From positions 103,599 through 167,598 of the forward strand of contig JASFYR010000009.1 of assembly GCA_045047115.1 (NCBI GenBank): a stretch of DNA of 64,000 nt, given 5' to 3'. The translations under genes and the position numbers were made by a program. Shown here one piece after another: positions 11,108 through 21,874 of this stretch. The stretch's first letter is position 1. Every line of letters begins with the position of its first letter. Source of the stretch: Sulfurospirillum sp. (GTDB taxonomy: Bacteria > Campylobacterota > Campylobacteria > Campylobacterales > Sulfurospirillaceae). The notes under the pieces are model-generated. The model was given only the letters and a program-made list of their open reading frames with translations. It had not been told where the DNA came from and ran no database searches.

Positions 11108-12856
11108 CTAAGCTTTTTTTATCTCTCTTAATCTGATACCAAGCTCTCTTAGCTGTGCATTGTCAACCATGCCAGGTGCACTTGTGAGGAGGCATTGTGC
11201 TCTTTGAGTCTTTGGAAAAGCTATAACATCTCTTATACTACTGGAGTTTGTCAATAGCATGATAAGTCTATCTAGCCCTATAGCTAAACCGCCGTGGGGA
11301 GGCGCACCAAATTTTAGTGCATCTAGTAAAAATTCAAACTTTTCATTTGCCTCTTCTTCACTGATGCCTAGTAGCTTAAATACCTCTTGTTGAATTTCCG
11401 GCTTGTGTATTCTCATGCTTCCACCACCTAGTTCAACCCCATTTAGAACTATATCGTAAGCTATTGATTCCATCTCGTCTATCGGAGCATTTAAATCTTT
11501 TGGCATAGTAAATGGATGGTGCAAAGCTTTTATATCTCCGTTATCAACTTCAAACATATCAAAATCCACTACCCATAAAAATTCAAATCTATCTTTAGGA
11601 ATTATATCCATAAGTTCTGCTAAATATATTCTGAATCTTCCCATATAATCAAGTACAATTTTTTTATCACCAGCACCAAAGAAGATGACATCGCCTGTTT
11701 TTAGGTCTGAAACTTTTATGATTTCATCCAAATCTTCCTGGCTGAAAAATTTTGTTAAAGGACCTTTTAGACCGTCTTCTTTCATCTGAAAGTATCCAAG
11801 TCCGGCAGCTCCGAATTTTCTCACATAGTCTTCAAAACCCTTCATTTGTCTTTTTGAGAAGATATTGTCACCATTTGGTACTTTTAAGGCTTTTATGCGG
11901 TTATTTTTCTTATCTTTTGCTATTTGACTGAAGATCTCATTTGTTGATTTGGCAAAAATATCTATGACATCTATAAGAGGTAGATCATATCTGAGATCTG
12001 GTTTATCACTACCGTAGGTTTCCATGGCGTCTTTGTACTTTAATCTTGCGAATGGAGTTTTTATATCATGCCCGCAAGCTTTAAATATATCTTTTATTAA
12101 TGCTTCAGTTACCTCGATGACATCATCTTGTGTACAAAAACTCATCTCTAAATCTATCTGAGTAAACTCAGGTTGCCTATCAGCTCTTAAATCTTCATCA
12201 CGAAAGCATTTTGCTATCTGAAAATACCTGTCAAATCCTGAGCACATCAAAAGTTGTTTAAAGAGTTGTGGAGATTGAGGAAGTGCAAAAAATTCTCCAT
12301 TATGAACTCTGCTTGGTACCAAATAGTCTCTTGCTCCCTCAGGAGTTGATTTTGTCAAAATTGGTGTTTCAACCTCAAGAAAATCTCTGGCATCAAGAAG
12401 GTTTCTTGCGGCTATTGAAGCTTTACTTCTTAACTTAAATATTTCATAAGCTTTTTTATTTCTTAAGTCCAGGTATCTGTATTTTAGCCTTACATCTTCA
12501 CCCACACTGTTGTCGCCTATGACAAATGGTACAGGTTCACTGGCGTTTTCTATGATGAGTTTATCCACTACTATTTCTATTTTTCCTGTTTTTAGGTTTG
12601 GATTTTCAAGTCCTTCGCCTCTGGCTCTAACTTTTCCTTTGGCTTTTAAAACAAACTCGTCTCTTACTTTGTTGGCGATAGAGTGAGCCTCTTTGCTGTC
12701 AGCCGGATCACAAACCAGTTGCACCAAGCCACTCTTGTCTCGTAAATCTATAAATATAACTCCGCCATGGTCTCTGCTGTTGTTGCACCAACCACAAACT
12801 TCTACTATTTCACCTATGTTTTTTTCGCTAACTTCTGTACAATAATGACTTCTCAA
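11108..12856 (-). CDS. aspS: Aspartate--tRNA ligase, likely non-discriminating
   Basis: [45 protein letters not shown] start. Confidence 0.97.
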   Translation of the reverse strand: MRSHYCTEVSEKNIGEIVEVCGWCNNSRDHGGVIFIDLRDKSGLVQLVCDPADSKEAHSIANKVRDEFVLKAKGKVRARGEGLENPNLKTGKIEIVVDKLIIENASEPVPFVIGDNSVGEDVRLKYRYLDLRNKKAYEIFKLRSKASIAARNLLDARDFLEVETPILTKSTPEGARDYLVPSRVHNGEFFALPQSPQLFKQLLMCSGFDRYFQIAKCFRDEDLRADRQPEFTQIDLEMSFCTQDDVIEVTEALIKDIFKACGHDIKTPFARLKYKDAMETYGSDKPDLRYDLPLIDVIDIFAKSTNEIFSQIAKDKKNNRIKALKVPNGDNIFSKRQMKGFEDYVRKFGAAGLGYFQMKEDGLKGPLTKFFSQEDLDEIIKVSDLKTGDVIFFGAGDKKIVLDYMGRFRIYLAELMDIIPKDRFEFLWVVDFDMFEVDNGDIKALHHPFTMPKDLNAPIDEMESIAYDIVLNGVELGGGSMRIHKPEIQQEVFKLLGISEEEANEKFEFLLDALKFGAPPHGGLAIGLDRLIMLLTNSSSIRDVIAFPKTQRAQCLLTSAPGMVDNAQLRELGIRLREIKKA

Positions 12857-12978
12857 TTTTTATCCCTCATATCCAATTTTAAGCTTGCTATTTTATCTAA
12901 AAAGAGCTTCATTTCACTTTATATTAATATATTTAGTGTTAAAATAGAAGCTTATGTGATTCAAAAGGATAAGTTTTT

Positions 12979-13794
12979 ATGTTTAAAACCTCGCTAATTT
13001 CAAGGCTGTTTGGTAAGTTTGCCTCTACAAAATTTCCGTCTTTTATACAGATTGTGATCAATAGAAGCTATGTAAATCTTATGAAAGTGGATATGAGTGA
13101 ATTTCATAAGCCATCATTTTACAAAAGTCTAAATGCACTTTTTACAAGAAAATTAATAAAAAAAAGAGAGATTAATTTGGATAAAAAGAGCTTTATCTCT
13201 CCTAGCGACAGTTTCATAACAGAGTGCGGAGTGATAGAAGAGGATAGAGCCTTGCAGATAAAGGGATTTTCTTATGAAGTGTCCTCTCTTCTTGGCGATA
13301 AAATAGAAAAAGAACAAAAAGAAAAATTAGAGGATGGATATTATATAAATTTTTATCTCTCTCCAAAAGATTATCATCGCTACCATACACCGATAGATAT
13401 GCAAGTGATAAAAGCGGTGCATATACCCGGTAAATTATATCCTGTAAATTTAACTTGGCTTCAAAAAATACCTTCTCTTTTTGTGGAAAATGAAAGAGTT
13501 GTTTTGGAGTGTAAAAGTGAGAGTGATGGACTCTTTTTCATGGTATTTGTAGGCGCATTAAATGTGGGAAAGATGAGTTTTGTTTTTGATAAACGAATTC
13601 AGACAAATTGTGATAAAAACTATGTTACATACTATGAGTATAGTGATAAATTTTTGAAAAAAGCGCAAGAATTGGGAAAATTTGAGATGGGATCCACTAT
13701 AGTCATGTTTTTTGAAAAAGATTTTGTCAAACTTGTTGCCAAAGAGGACAAAGATATAAGATTTGGAGAGAATATAGCTACATGTCAGCCATAA
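12979..13794 (+). CDS. psd: Phosphatidylserine decarboxylase proenzyme
   Basis: FTRKL, YLSPKDYHRYH, NERV, GALNVG, FEMGST self-cleavage site. Confidence 0.93.
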   Translation: MFKTSLISRLFGKFASTKFPSFIQIVINRSYVNLMKVDMSEFHKPSFYKSLNALFTRKLIKKREINLDKKSFISPSDSFITECGVIEEDRALQIKGFSYEVSSLLGDKIEKEQKEKLEDGYYINFYLSPKDYHRYHTPIDMQVIKAVHIPGKLYPVNLTWLQKIPSLFVENERVVLECKSESDGLFFMVFVGALNVGKMSFVFDKRIQTNCDKNYVTYYEYSDKFLKKAQELGKFEMGSTIVMFFEKDFVKLVAKEDKDIRFGENIATCQP

Positions 13795-14417
13795 AATCTA
13801 TAATTTTTGATATGGATGGGACTTTGCTTGATTCTAGTTATGCTCTTACATGCAGTGTAAATTTCGTAAGAGAGAGTTTGGGATTGGAGCCTTTGAGAAA
13901 AGAGACACTAGAGTATTATATAAATAAACCGGACCAGGATATGCCGATGATTTTCTATGGTACGAGAGAATATCAGGATCAGCACAGAGAGATGTTTAAA
14001 GAGCATTATCTAAAAAATGCAAATCTATATGTAGAACCATATGACGGTGTATATGAACTTCTAAATTTTTTAAAATCTTATGGTATTAAACTAAGTATTG
14101 CTACAAATGCAGCTGAGTATTTTGCTAAAAATATGCTTGATTTTACAAAAATGTTAGACTATTTTTCTCATATAGTGGGTTCAAACAGTGTAGAAAAATC
14201 AAAACCAAATCCGGATATGATAAATTTTATCTGCGAAAAAACAGATATACCAAAAAAACAAACCATTCTCATAGGGGATAGCATAAAAGATGAGTTGGCG
14301 GCAAAAAATGCAAGTATGGACTTTTTATTTGCAAATTGGGGTTATGGAGAGAGTAGAAGTGAAAAAAAATTTGATACGATTTCTCAAATGACGGAGTATC
14401 TAAAAAGGGTGATATAA
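13782..14417 (+). CDS. HAD-family phosphatase (phosphoglycolate phosphatase-like)
   Basis: FDMDGTLLDS, ATN, KPNP, IGDSIKD. Confidence 0.88.
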   Translation: MSAIKSIIFDMDGTLLDSSYALTCSVNFVRESLGLEPLRKETLEYYINKPDQDMPMIFYGTREYQDQHREMFKEHYLKNANLYVEPYDGVYELLNFLKSYGIKLSIATNAAEYFAKNMLDFTKMLDYFSHIVGSNSVEKSKPNPDMINFICEKTDIPKKQTILIGDSIKDELAAKNASMDFLFANWGYGESRSEKKFDTISQMTEYLKRVI

Positions 14418-14428
14418 AACACCCCTTT

Positions 14429-14459
14429 ATGAGACCACTCCATTGTGCAGTGGTCTCAT
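14429..14459. terminator. Hairpin between convergent genes; probable bidirectional terminator or small repeat
   Basis: ATGAGACCACT-9 nt-AGTGGTCTCAT, perfect 11-bp stem. Confidence 0.6.
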
Positions 14460-14476
14460 TATGGATAGGTACTTAG

Positions 14477-14992
14477 TTAAAACAGTGCTTTTATATCTTT
14501 TGTAAGTCTCTTTTCACTTTGCATGCCTAGGTATGTTTTTGATGCTTCACCATTTTTGTCAAGTAAGATTGAGTATGGTATCTGCCCTCTCCAGCCTGTT
14601 TTTGATGATACAAAATTTGCAAGATCAAAAGCCTCTTTTGTTGCAGGAATAACAGGATAGTTGATATTATGAGAAGCTATAAAGTTTTCTATTTCCGGTT
14701 GGGCCATTTTTTGCTGTACATGTACTGCTATAATTTGAAACTTTTTTTGGAGTTCATTTTGAAGTTTTACAAAACCTGGAATCTCTGCACGACAAGGTGG
14801 ACAGTTTTTTCCAAAAAAAGCCAATAAAACAACTTTCCCTTTGTATGTAGGCGAGTATATACCGCTATCCATGGTTTGAAGTTCTATACTCTTGCCTGTC
14901 GAATCTTTGAAATTATAGGTTTTGAGTATGTTTTTTGCCTGTAGATTAATGCCCAAAAAGGCAACAAACATTAAAACTATGATTTTTTTCAT
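14477..14992 (-). CDS. TlpA-family periplasmic thiol-disulfide oxidoreductase
   Basis: Signal peptide, GKVVLLAFFGKNCPPCRAEIP, IPYSILLDKNG. Confidence 0.85.
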   Translation of the reverse strand: MKKIIVLMFVAFLGINLQAKNILKTYNFKDSTGKSIELQTMDSGIYSPTYKGKVVLLAFFGKNCPPCRAEIPGFVKLQNELQKKFQIIAVHVQQKMAQPEIENFIASHNINYPVIPATKEAFDLANFVSSKTGWRGQIPYSILLDKNGEASKTYLGMQSEKRLTKDIKALF

Positions 14993-15063
14993 CTTTTCCC
15001 TTTTTTATGAATGTTATAGTAAAATTATAAATATTTTCTAAATAACTTATATTTGTACATTAA

Positions 15064-15180
15064 CTGACCTTACGCACTACAATGAGCAAAGCCCATTGTA
15101 GTGGCAGGGACGGGGAGTCCCTACAACCCCCTAAAGCTACAAAAAGTGGGACTTTTCGAGAAAAAAGTGCCTAAGGTCAG
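15064..15180. repeat. 117-bp non-coding element with terminal inverted repeats (MITE-like)
   Basis: CTGACCTTACGCACT ... AGTGCCTAAGGTCAG (14/15 IR); internal hairpin CACTACAATGAGC-AAA-GCCCATTGTAGTG; GC-richer than flanks. Confidence 0.65.
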
Positions 15181-16277
15181 ACATTAAATCTAAAGTGCAT
15201 GACATCTCCGTCTTGTACTTCATAATCCTTACCCTCTAATCTCATCTTTCCAGCCTCTTTTGCTCCATGCTCTCCATTGTTTGCTATAAAGTCGTCATAG
15301 CCTATGACTTCTGCCCGTATAAAACCTTTTTCAAAGTCATTATGTATTACAGAGGCTGCTTTTGGGGCACTCCAGCCCTTTCTTATGGTCCAGGCCCTTA
15401 CCTCTTTGACACCTGCAGTAAAGTAGCTTATCAGGTTGAGTTTTGCGAATGCTGTATGAATTATCTTGTTTAGGCCAGACTCCTTGACTCCCAGTTCTTC
15501 CAAGAACTCCTGCGCTTCATCTTCTTCAAGACCAACAAGCTCCTCTTCTATCTTTGCGCAAAGCGTTATAACTTCTGCTCCAACTTCTTTGGCATGTTCT
15601 TTTACTGATTTTACATACCCGTTTTCTTCCAAAAGTGAATCTTCATCTACATTTGCACCGTATATGATAGTTTTTGAGGATAAAAATCTAAGCTCTTTAT
15701 TTAGATCCAAAAAGAGTTCATTCTCTTTTTTGGCAAAACTGCTGACAGGTTTTAGCTCATCCAAGTGCTCTTTTAATTCAAGTGCAATCTCAAGTATCGG
15801 TCGCGCTGATTTATCTGCTTTTGATTGTCTGTTTAGCTTCTGTATTTTTTTATCAAGCTGTTCTACATCTGCCAGTATTAACTCTGTTTCTATAATTTCT
15901 ATATCTCTTAGTGGGTCTATTCCACCCTCTACATGTACAACATTTTCATCTTCAAAGCATCTGACCATATGGAGTATTACTTCAACTTCTCTTATGTTTG
16001 ATAAAAATTGATTTCCCAGTCCTTCTCCCTTGCTGGCACCCTTTACGAGTCCTGCAATATCTACAAAATCAACAGTTGAATATTGTAATCTTTCCGGATT
16101 TACTATTTTTGCCAACTCAGCCAATCTGCTATCGGGAACCGGTACTATTGCTTTGTTCGGCTCTATTGTACAAAATAGATAATTCTCACTTTGTGCATTT
16201 TGAGCCTTTGTCAAAGCATTGAACGTTGTTGATTTGCCTATATTTGGAAGTCCTACTATTCCTACACCTAGTCCCAT
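15177..16277 (-). CDS. ychF: Redox-regulated ATPase YchF
   Basis: GIVGLPNIGKST, FCTIEPN, DIAGLVKGASKGEGLGNQFL, C-terminal DGDVMHFRFNV. Confidence 0.96.
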   Translation of the reverse strand: MGLGVGIVGLPNIGKSTTFNALTKAQNAQSENYLFCTIEPNKAIVPVPDSRLAELAKIVNPERLQYSTVDFVDIAGLVKGASKGEGLGNQFLSNIREVEVILHMVRCFEDENVVHVEGGIDPLRDIEIIETELILADVEQLDKKIQKLNRQSKADKSARPILEIALELKEHLDELKPVSSFAKKENELFLDLNKELRFLSSKTIIYGANVDEDSLLEENGYVKSVKEHAKEVGAEVITLCAKIEEELVGLEEDEAQEFLEELGVKESGLNKIIHTAFAKLNLISYFTAGVKEVRAWTIRKGWSAPKAASVIHNDFEKGFIRAEVIGYDDFIANNGEHGAKEAGKMRLEGKDYEVQDGDVMHFRFNV

Positions 16278-17758
16278 TATTTCTCATCCTTGTGTACTCG
16301 GTTTTCTTTATAATAAAAATCTTTCATCCAATAAACACACATTCTCACTCCTGCTCCACTGGCTCCGTATTGGTTATAACCCCACTCTTTTTCTGTATAT
16401 GCGGGTCCTGCGATATCAAGGTGTAGCCATTTGTGTTTGTACTCATCTTTTATAAAGTTATCTAAAAACAGTCCAGCGGTTATAGCTCCGCCATATCTTG
16501 AACTTGAGATATTTGATATATCGGCAACTGAGCTTTTTAGAAGTTTTTTTAAGTATCTGTTGAATTGAAGTGTGCTCGCTAATTCACCACTTTTTTTAGC
16601 TGATGTTAAGAAAGAGTGCTTAAGCGAAGAGTCGTGACCCATCACACCACTTGTGTATTCGCCAACTGCAACCACACAAGCACCTGTTAAAGTTGCCAAA
16701 TCCACTAAATAATCCGGTTTTAAATCTTGTGCAAAATCTAAACAATCAGCCAGGACAAGTCTTCCTTCGGCATCGGTATTTCTTACTTCTATACTTTTGC
16801 CATTCCTTGCTATCAGTACATCATCAGGTTTATATGCATCTGCTCCTATCATATTTTCTGCAGCCCCTATGATAGAGTGAACTTCAAAAGGGAGCTTTAA
16901 AAGAGCGGCTGCTTTAATGATATTTATAGCTGCGGCTGCTCCGCTTTTATCTGATTTCATAGTGACCATATGTTCACTTGGTTTTAGACTGAGTCCACCA
17001 CTGTCATAAGTCAAGCCCTTGCCAACAAAAACAAATCTTTTTGTACTATTTTCCGGCTTATAGCTAAGATGAATGAGTCTTGGTTTTTGACTACTTGCTC
17101 TGGCGACTGCCAAAAATGCACCCATCTTCTCTTTTTCTAAAAATTTTTCATCGCCTATGAAACACTCCAAGCTATCAATCTCATTGCTCAAATTTTGTGC
17201 ATAGTCTGCCAGATTTTTTGGATCCATCTCTTTTGGAGCTGTATTTACGATATCTTTTGTACTGTTTGTTGCTTTGGCTATGATGATGGCTTCATCAACA
17301 GCTTTTTTGGTAGAGTCAGCATTGTAGGATTTGCCGTTGTAATCCTCGGTAGAAATTTTAACAGTTTTTATGGGAAAAGAGTGTTTTTTGCTTTTATATT
17401 TATCAAAACTGTATGTGCCAAGGAGTATTCCCTCTGCTAAAGCTCTAGCGTTTATAGGAGGACAATTATTAGTATATAATCCAACTTTGATACTTTCATA
17501 ATTACTCTTTTTGATAACTTGCAGGGCATTTGAGACAGCTATTCTTATATCGTCACTCTCTAGTGAATCAGCTACAGCATAGACCTTGTCAACGTCCGCT
17601 AAAAAGCCTACCTCTTCACTCTCGCCTTTAAAACCAAGTTTGGTCAATGTCTCAGCGTTATCGATCCATCTGTGTTTTAAGTTTTTGTCTAAAATAAGTA
17701 CAATTTCACAATCAGCTTTTATATCTTTTAATTTTTCATCTAAAATTTCAAAATTCAT
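16277..17758 (-). CDS. pepA: Leucyl aminopeptidase (M17)
   Basis: VGKGLTYDSGGLSLK, MKSDKSG, NTDAEGRLVLAD, ATLTGA. Confidence 0.95.
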   Translation of the reverse strand: MNFEILDEKLKDIKADCEIVLILDKNLKHRWIDNAETLTKLGFKGESEEVGFLADVDKVYAVADSLESDDIRIAVSNALQVIKKSNYESIKVGLYTNNCPPINARALAEGILLGTYSFDKYKSKKHSFPIKTVKISTEDYNGKSYNADSTKKAVDEAIIIAKATNSTKDIVNTAPKEMDPKNLADYAQNLSNEIDSLECFIGDEKFLEKEKMGAFLAVARASSQKPRLIHLSYKPENSTKRFVFVGKGLTYDSGGLSLKPSEHMVTMKSDKSGAAAAINIIKAAALLKLPFEVHSIIGAAENMIGADAYKPDDVLIARNGKSIEVRNTDAEGRLVLADCLDFAQDLKPDYLVDLATLTGACVVAVGEYTSGVMGHDSSLKHSFLTSAKKSGELASTLQFNRYLKKLLKSSVADISNISSSRYGGAITAGLFLDNFIKDEYKHKWLHLDIAGPAYTEKEWGYNQYGASGAGVRMCVYWMKDFYYKENRVHKDEK

Positions 17759-18345
17759 ATTTTTTTCCTTACCTTTTCTTTAATTTTTTTCTCAGTAGTT
17801 ACATGAAAATAGTAGTATATGCCACCACCCATCGCTAATCCTAATGGAGCAGCTAGGTACCAATGGGATTTTGCCCATTTGATGACCACCAATATCTCCT
17901 CCCCGAAGTACCAGGCAGGCATAATTGTAACAGTTGCCCATACCCATGCACTAAGCAGATTTATGAAGGCAAACTTTTTGGCACTATAACCTGTCAGTCC
18001 TATGGACATCGGTATAATCGTCCTTAAGCCGTACATGTAGCGTTGTAAAAATATGATGGGCCACCCATTGTTTTTTATAAGAACATGTGCTAGGGCAAAT
18101 TTTCTTCTTTGGCTTCTAAATTTTCTGTACACAAATTTTTTGTTGTATCTGCCTATATGAAAATAGATCTGATCTCCACTGAAACCTCCAAGTCCTGCCA
18201 CAAATATGGCGATATAGAGATTCATGTTTCCTGTATGTGACATAATGCCGGCCATAATCAATCCCATTTCACCCTCAAAAATACTCCAAAAGTAGAGGAT
18301 TATATAGCCATAATGTTGTAGTAATTCTATAAGATATGCTTCCAA
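17755..18345 (-). CDS. DedA-family membrane protein
   Basis: FEGE, GDQIYFHIGR, QRYMYGLRT motifs; hydrophobic. Confidence 0.88.
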   Translation of the reverse strand: MEAYLIELLQHYGYIILYFWSIFEGEMGLIMAGIMSHTGNMNLYIAIFVAGLGGFSGDQIYFHIGRYNKKFVYRKFRSQRRKFALAHVLIKNNGWPIIFLQRYMYGLRTIIPMSIGLTGYSAKKFAFINLLSAWVWATVTIMPAWYFGEEILVVIKWAKSHWYLAAPLGLAMGGGIYYYFHVTTEKKIKEKVRKKI

Positions 18346-18357
18346 AATATTACTTTG

Positions 18358-19563
18358 CTAGGGTATATCTATAAGAGTTTGGGCTTGCACCATATCTTTG
18401 TCGCCCCGTCCTGAAAGGTTGACTATAATCAATCTGTTTTCAAGCTCTTCTTTTTTCATTTTTTTGAGGTAAGCTATGGCATGTGAACTCTCAAATGCAG
18501 GGATAATCCCCTCTTTTTGGCTCAACCAGACAAAAGCATCGAGTGCTTCTTTGTCTGTGATATTTTCATATCTGGCTTTTTCCAAGTCTTTCAAATAGGC
18601 ATGTTCGGGTCCGATTCCGGGATAATCAAGTCCGGCAGAGATAGAGTAAGCCTCTTTTATCTGTCCGTCATTATCTTGAAGCAAGTAGCTCATTTGTCCG
18701 TGAAGAACTCCAGGAGAGCCTTTGGCAAGTGAACATCCATGTAACTCGGTATCTACCCCTTTTCCACCCGCTTCTATACCTATACATGTAACACCGTCTT
18801 CATCCAGAAAGTGGCTAAATATCCCTATGGCATTACTTCCGCCACCTATGCATGCTATGATAGTATCAGGCAGTTTCCCTTCTTTTTTCAAAATTTGTGC
18901 TTTTGCCTCGTATCCGATGATAGCTTGAAAATCCCTAACCATCATGGGGTAGGGGTGAGGTCCTGCTACAGTACCTATGATGTAAAAAGTATCTCTGGCA
19001 TTTGTAACCCAATATCTTATGGCTTCATTCATGGCATCTTTTAGAGTTTTACTGCCACTTTTGACAGAGTGGACTTTAGCACCTAGAAGTTTCATTCTAA
19101 AAACATTTAACTCTTGTCTTTTGACATCAATTTCACCCATAAAAACATCACATTCAAGCCCTAAAAGAGCAGCTACTGTAGCAGTTGCCACTCCGTGTTG
19201 TCCTGCTCCTGTTTCTGCTATAACTTTTTTCTTACCCAGTCTTTTGGCGAGTAATCCCTGAGCTATAGTGTTGTTCACCTTGTGAGCACCTGTATGATTT
19301 AAATCTTCCCTTTTGAGATAGATTTTTGCACCCAACTCATCAGAGATATTTTTTGCATAGTACAGGGGTGAGGGGCGACCGACATATTCGTTTAGATAGT
19401 AGTTTACCTCTTCCCAAAAATCCTTGTCAAATCTTAGCTTTTCATACTCTTTATTTAACTCAAGCAGGGTTGGCATAAGGGTCTCAGGAACATATCTTCC
19501 GCCGTAAATTCCAAAATGCCCATTGTCATCCGGGTCGAATTTGGATTTTTTAGGTATATACAT
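18358..19563 (-). CDS. trpB: Tryptophan synthase beta chain
   Basis: [57 protein letters not shown] overlaps the apt stop. Confidence 0.97.
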   Translation of the reverse strand: MYIPKKSKFDPDDNGHFGIYGGRYVPETLMPTLLELNKEYEKLRFDKDFWEEVNYYLNEYVGRPSPLYYAKNISDELGAKIYLKREDLNHTGAHKVNNTIAQGLLAKRLGKKKVIAETGAGQHGVATATVAALLGLECDVFMGEIDVKRQELNVFRMKLLGAKVHSVKSGSKTLKDAMNEAIRYWVTNARDTFYIIGTVAGPHPYPMMVRDFQAIIGYEAKAQILKKEGKLPDTIIACIGGGSNAIGIFSHFLDEDGVTCIGIEAGGKGVDTELHGCSLAKGSPGVLHGQMSYLLQDNDGQIKEAYSISAGLDYPGIGPEHAYLKDLEKARYENITDKEALDAFVWLSQKEGIIPAFESSHAIAYLKKMKKEELENRLIIVNLSGRGDKDMVQAQTLIDIP

Positions 19564-20117
19564 CAATCAATCTCCAAAACAGAATAGACAGGAGTTATTT
19601 TTTTTATCCCCTCGTCCCCGTTTAAAAATTTTAGATTTATGATAAAACATGCTTCGATGCAGTTTGCTCCTGCTTTGTTTATGAGAGTTACCGCTGCTTT
19701 TGCCGTACCTCCTGTCGCTATCAAGTCATCTATCAATAACACATTTGGCTTGGCTTTTTCACACTTAAAAGCATCTATATGAACCTCAACTTCATCCACA
19801 CCATACTCCAGTGAGTATTTTTCACTGATGGTAGTGTATGGGAGTTTCCCCGGTTTTCTAATAGGAACAAATTTTACACCAAGCATTGTTGCAAGCGATG
19901 CTCCAAATATAAAACCTCTACTTTCAATTCCTGCTATATAATCAATATTCCGGTCTTTATATCTGCCGCTTAAGTGGTTCATCAAAAGTGTATATGCTTT
20001 TGCATTACCCAAAAGTGTAGTGATATCTTTAAAGCCAATTCCCGGCTTTGGAAAATCTTCAACTGTTCTTATGGAATTGAGTAAAAAATCTTTATCATTG
20101 TTTGTTAATGTTTTCAT
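19563..20117 (-). CDS. apt: Adenine phosphoribosyltransferase
   Basis: [35 protein letters not shown]. Confidence 0.96.
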   Translation of the reverse strand: MKTLTNNDKDFLLNSIRTVEDFPKPGIGFKDITTLLGNAKAYTLLMNHLSGRYKDRNIDYIAGIESRGFIFGASLATMLGVKFVPIRKPGKLPYTTISEKYSLEYGVDEVEVHIDAFKCEKAKPNVLLIDDLIATGGTAKAAVTLINKAGANCIEACFIINLKFLNGDEGIKKITPVYSVLEID

Positions 20118-20198
20118 TTTAATCCTTAAAAATTTTCATTTTTAAATAAACAAAAAAGCCTGTTACAAAAAGTACAGTTCCATATGCTATTAAATCTG

Positions 20199-20528
20199 TC
20201 ATAGCAGTGCCTCTATCTTTCCTTCTAGCTCTTTTATGTGTTGTCTGAGTTTTTCATTTTCCATTCTGTATTGAGAATTTCTAGTCCTGAGAGATTTCAG
20301 ATCATTTTTAATTTTGTTTAACTCATCACTCAGTATATCTATGTTTCCAAGTGATCTTTGTAACTGAACCTGATACTTTCTTATGACGATTTCTGCATCA
20401 CCCAAAGTCTCTTTTATTATGATACTGCCACTTTTTTCTTTGCGGAGTAGAGTACGATAGTAAAAAACCATCACGAGCAGATATATGCTAAGAGAGAGAA
20501 GAATTGTAGTTAATAGCCAATCGGTCAT
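20199..20528 (-). CDS. Conserved hypothetical membrane-anchored coiled-coil protein
   Basis: N-terminal TM followed by heptad repeats; sits between rpiB and apt. Confidence 0.7.
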   Translation of the reverse strand: MTDWLLTTILLSLSIYLLVMVFYYRTLLRKEKSGSIIIKETLGDAEIVIRKYQVQLQRSLGNIDILSDELNKIKNDLKSLRTRNSQYRMENEKLRQHIKELEGKIEALL

Positions 20529-20530
20529 AT

Positions 20531-20959
20531 CTAAATCTCTATTTTAGCAACTCTTTGTGCATGTCGTCCGCCCTCAAATTTGGTTTGGCACCATCCGTCC
20601 AAGATAGACTTGGCAACTCCTAAGCCTACAACTCTCTCACCAAAACACAAAACATTTGCATCGTTGTGTGCTCTTGCCATTTGTGCGGTGTAAGCATCAT
20701 GGCAAAGTGCGGCTCTTATACCTTTATGCTTGTTTGCACTTAGGCTCATTCCTATGCCGGTTCCGCAGATCAAAATACCCTGACTCCCGTTATTTGCTAA
20801 AACCTTAAGACAGAGTTTGTGTGCAAAATCGGGATAGTCAACCCTAGAGTTGTTCTCTGGTCCCAAATCCACTACTTCATGCCCCATTTCTTTTAACATC
20901 TCTATGATATTTGGTTTGATATTGATACCTGCATGGTCTGTTGCAATAAAAAATTTCAA
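20531..20959 (-). CDS. rpiB: Ribose-5-phosphate isomerase B
   Basis: ATDHAG, VDYPD, ICGTGIG, AHNDANVL, FEGGRH; TTG start. Confidence 0.95.
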   Translation of the reverse strand: MKFFIATDHAGINIKPNIIEMLKEMGHEVVDLGPENNSRVDYPDFAHKLCLKVLANNGSQGILICGTGIGMSLSANKHKGIRAALCHDAYTAQMARAHNDANVLCFGERVVGLGVAKSILDGWCQTKFEGGRHAQRVAKIEI

Positions 20960-21068
20960 AAACTTTCCTTCGGTGTAATTTATAGGGGATTATATCATAA
21001 GGAAGTTTAGAAAAGCTGTAATTAAAATAAAATAGTATATCATAACAAAAAATTTAGGAGTAATTTAT

Positions 21069-21719
21069 ATGAATTTGATGGTATTTGGTGCACCTGGAGC
21101 AGGCAAAGGTACTCAGGCAAAATTTTTAGTAGAAAAGTACAATATCCCCCAAATCTCGACAGGAGATATGCTAAGAGCCGCTATAGCACAAAAGAGTGTT
21201 ATGGGAATGGAAGCTAAAAAATACATGGATAACGGTGAATTGGTTCCGGATTCCACAATCATAGGAATTATAAAAGAGAGATTGGAAAAAGATGATTGCC
21301 AAAATGGCTTTATTTTAGATGGTTTTCCAAGAACTTTAGCCCAAGCTCAAGCACTTGATGTATTGATGGAAGAGAGTGGCAAAGAGTTGGATTTTGTTCT
21401 TTCGTTTGATGTACCTGATGAATTGATTATAGAAAGAATCGCAGGTAGAAGAGTATGTCCAAAGTGTGGAGCCTCATATCATATAGAGTTTAATCCTCCA
21501 AAAACTAAGGGAACATGTGATGCCTGCGGAGCAGAGTTGATAACTAGAGAAGACGATAATGCAGATACTGTTAAAAACAGACTTGCAAACTATCACAAGC
21601 AAACCGCTCCTTTGATAGACTTTTATAAAAAAATGGGAGTTTTTGCTCAGATAGATGGTTCACAAGAACTCAGTAAAGTAACAGAGGATATGTTTAAAGT
21701 TTTGAAAAAAAAGTACTAA
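21069..21719 (+). CDS. adk: Second adenylate kinase, long zinc-binding lid type
   Basis: GAPGAGKGTQA, STGDMLR, LDGFPRT, lid CPKC...CDAC. Confidence 0.93.
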   Translation: MNLMVFGAPGAGKGTQAKFLVEKYNIPQISTGDMLRAAIAQKSVMGMEAKKYMDNGELVPDSTIIGIIKERLEKDDCQNGFILDGFPRTLAQAQALDVLMEESGKELDFVLSFDVPDELIIERIAGRRVCPKCGASYHIEFNPPKTKGTCDACGAELITREDDNADTVKNRLANYHKQTAPLIDFYKKMGVFAQIDGSQELSKVTEDMFKVLKKKY

Positions 21720-21725
21720 GTCTTA

Positions 21726-21761
21726 TATAGCCTTACAAATTATTAGTTTTGTGAGGCTATA
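21726..21761 (+). terminator. Hairpin terminator after the second adk
   Basis: TATAGCCTTACAAA / TTTGTGAGGCTATA, 14-bp stem with one G-U pair. Confidence 0.65.
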
Positions 21762-21781
21762 ACTCTGAGCATTTGGACAGT

Positions 21782-21814
21782 TGACACCTCTATGACACAG
21801 TTTGTAGATATTAT
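21782..21814 (+). promoter_or_regulatory. Putative native promoter of the REC-GGDEF-EAL operon: tandem TGACAC boxes plus -10
   Basis: TGACAC-N5-TGACAC-N10-TATTAT; same geometry at 27832-27864; followed by TAAGGAG at the IS junction. Confidence 0.6.
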
Positions 21815-21874
21815 GTTGTGTATGTAAGGAGTCAACTATAAAGAAACCTAACTAAAAAAGATTGATTTAAAGTT

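Noticed and set aside
15466..16011. Long antisense ORFs (also 10675-11136, 33397-33978, 36729-37280, 50124-50618, 51450-51980)
   Set aside because: Ser/Phe/Ile-rich shadows of conserved genes with no motifs.
18358..19563. trpB without trpA as a stand-alone TrpB2
   Set aside because: Motifs and ~400-aa length are TrpB1-like; dispersed trp genes are unremarkable in this group.
21779..21837. Apparent hairpin AGTTGAC...GTCAACT suggesting an IS end near 21779
   Set aside because: One arm is the host TGACAC box shared with 27832; microhomology, junction promoter and guide matches all place the end at ~21830.
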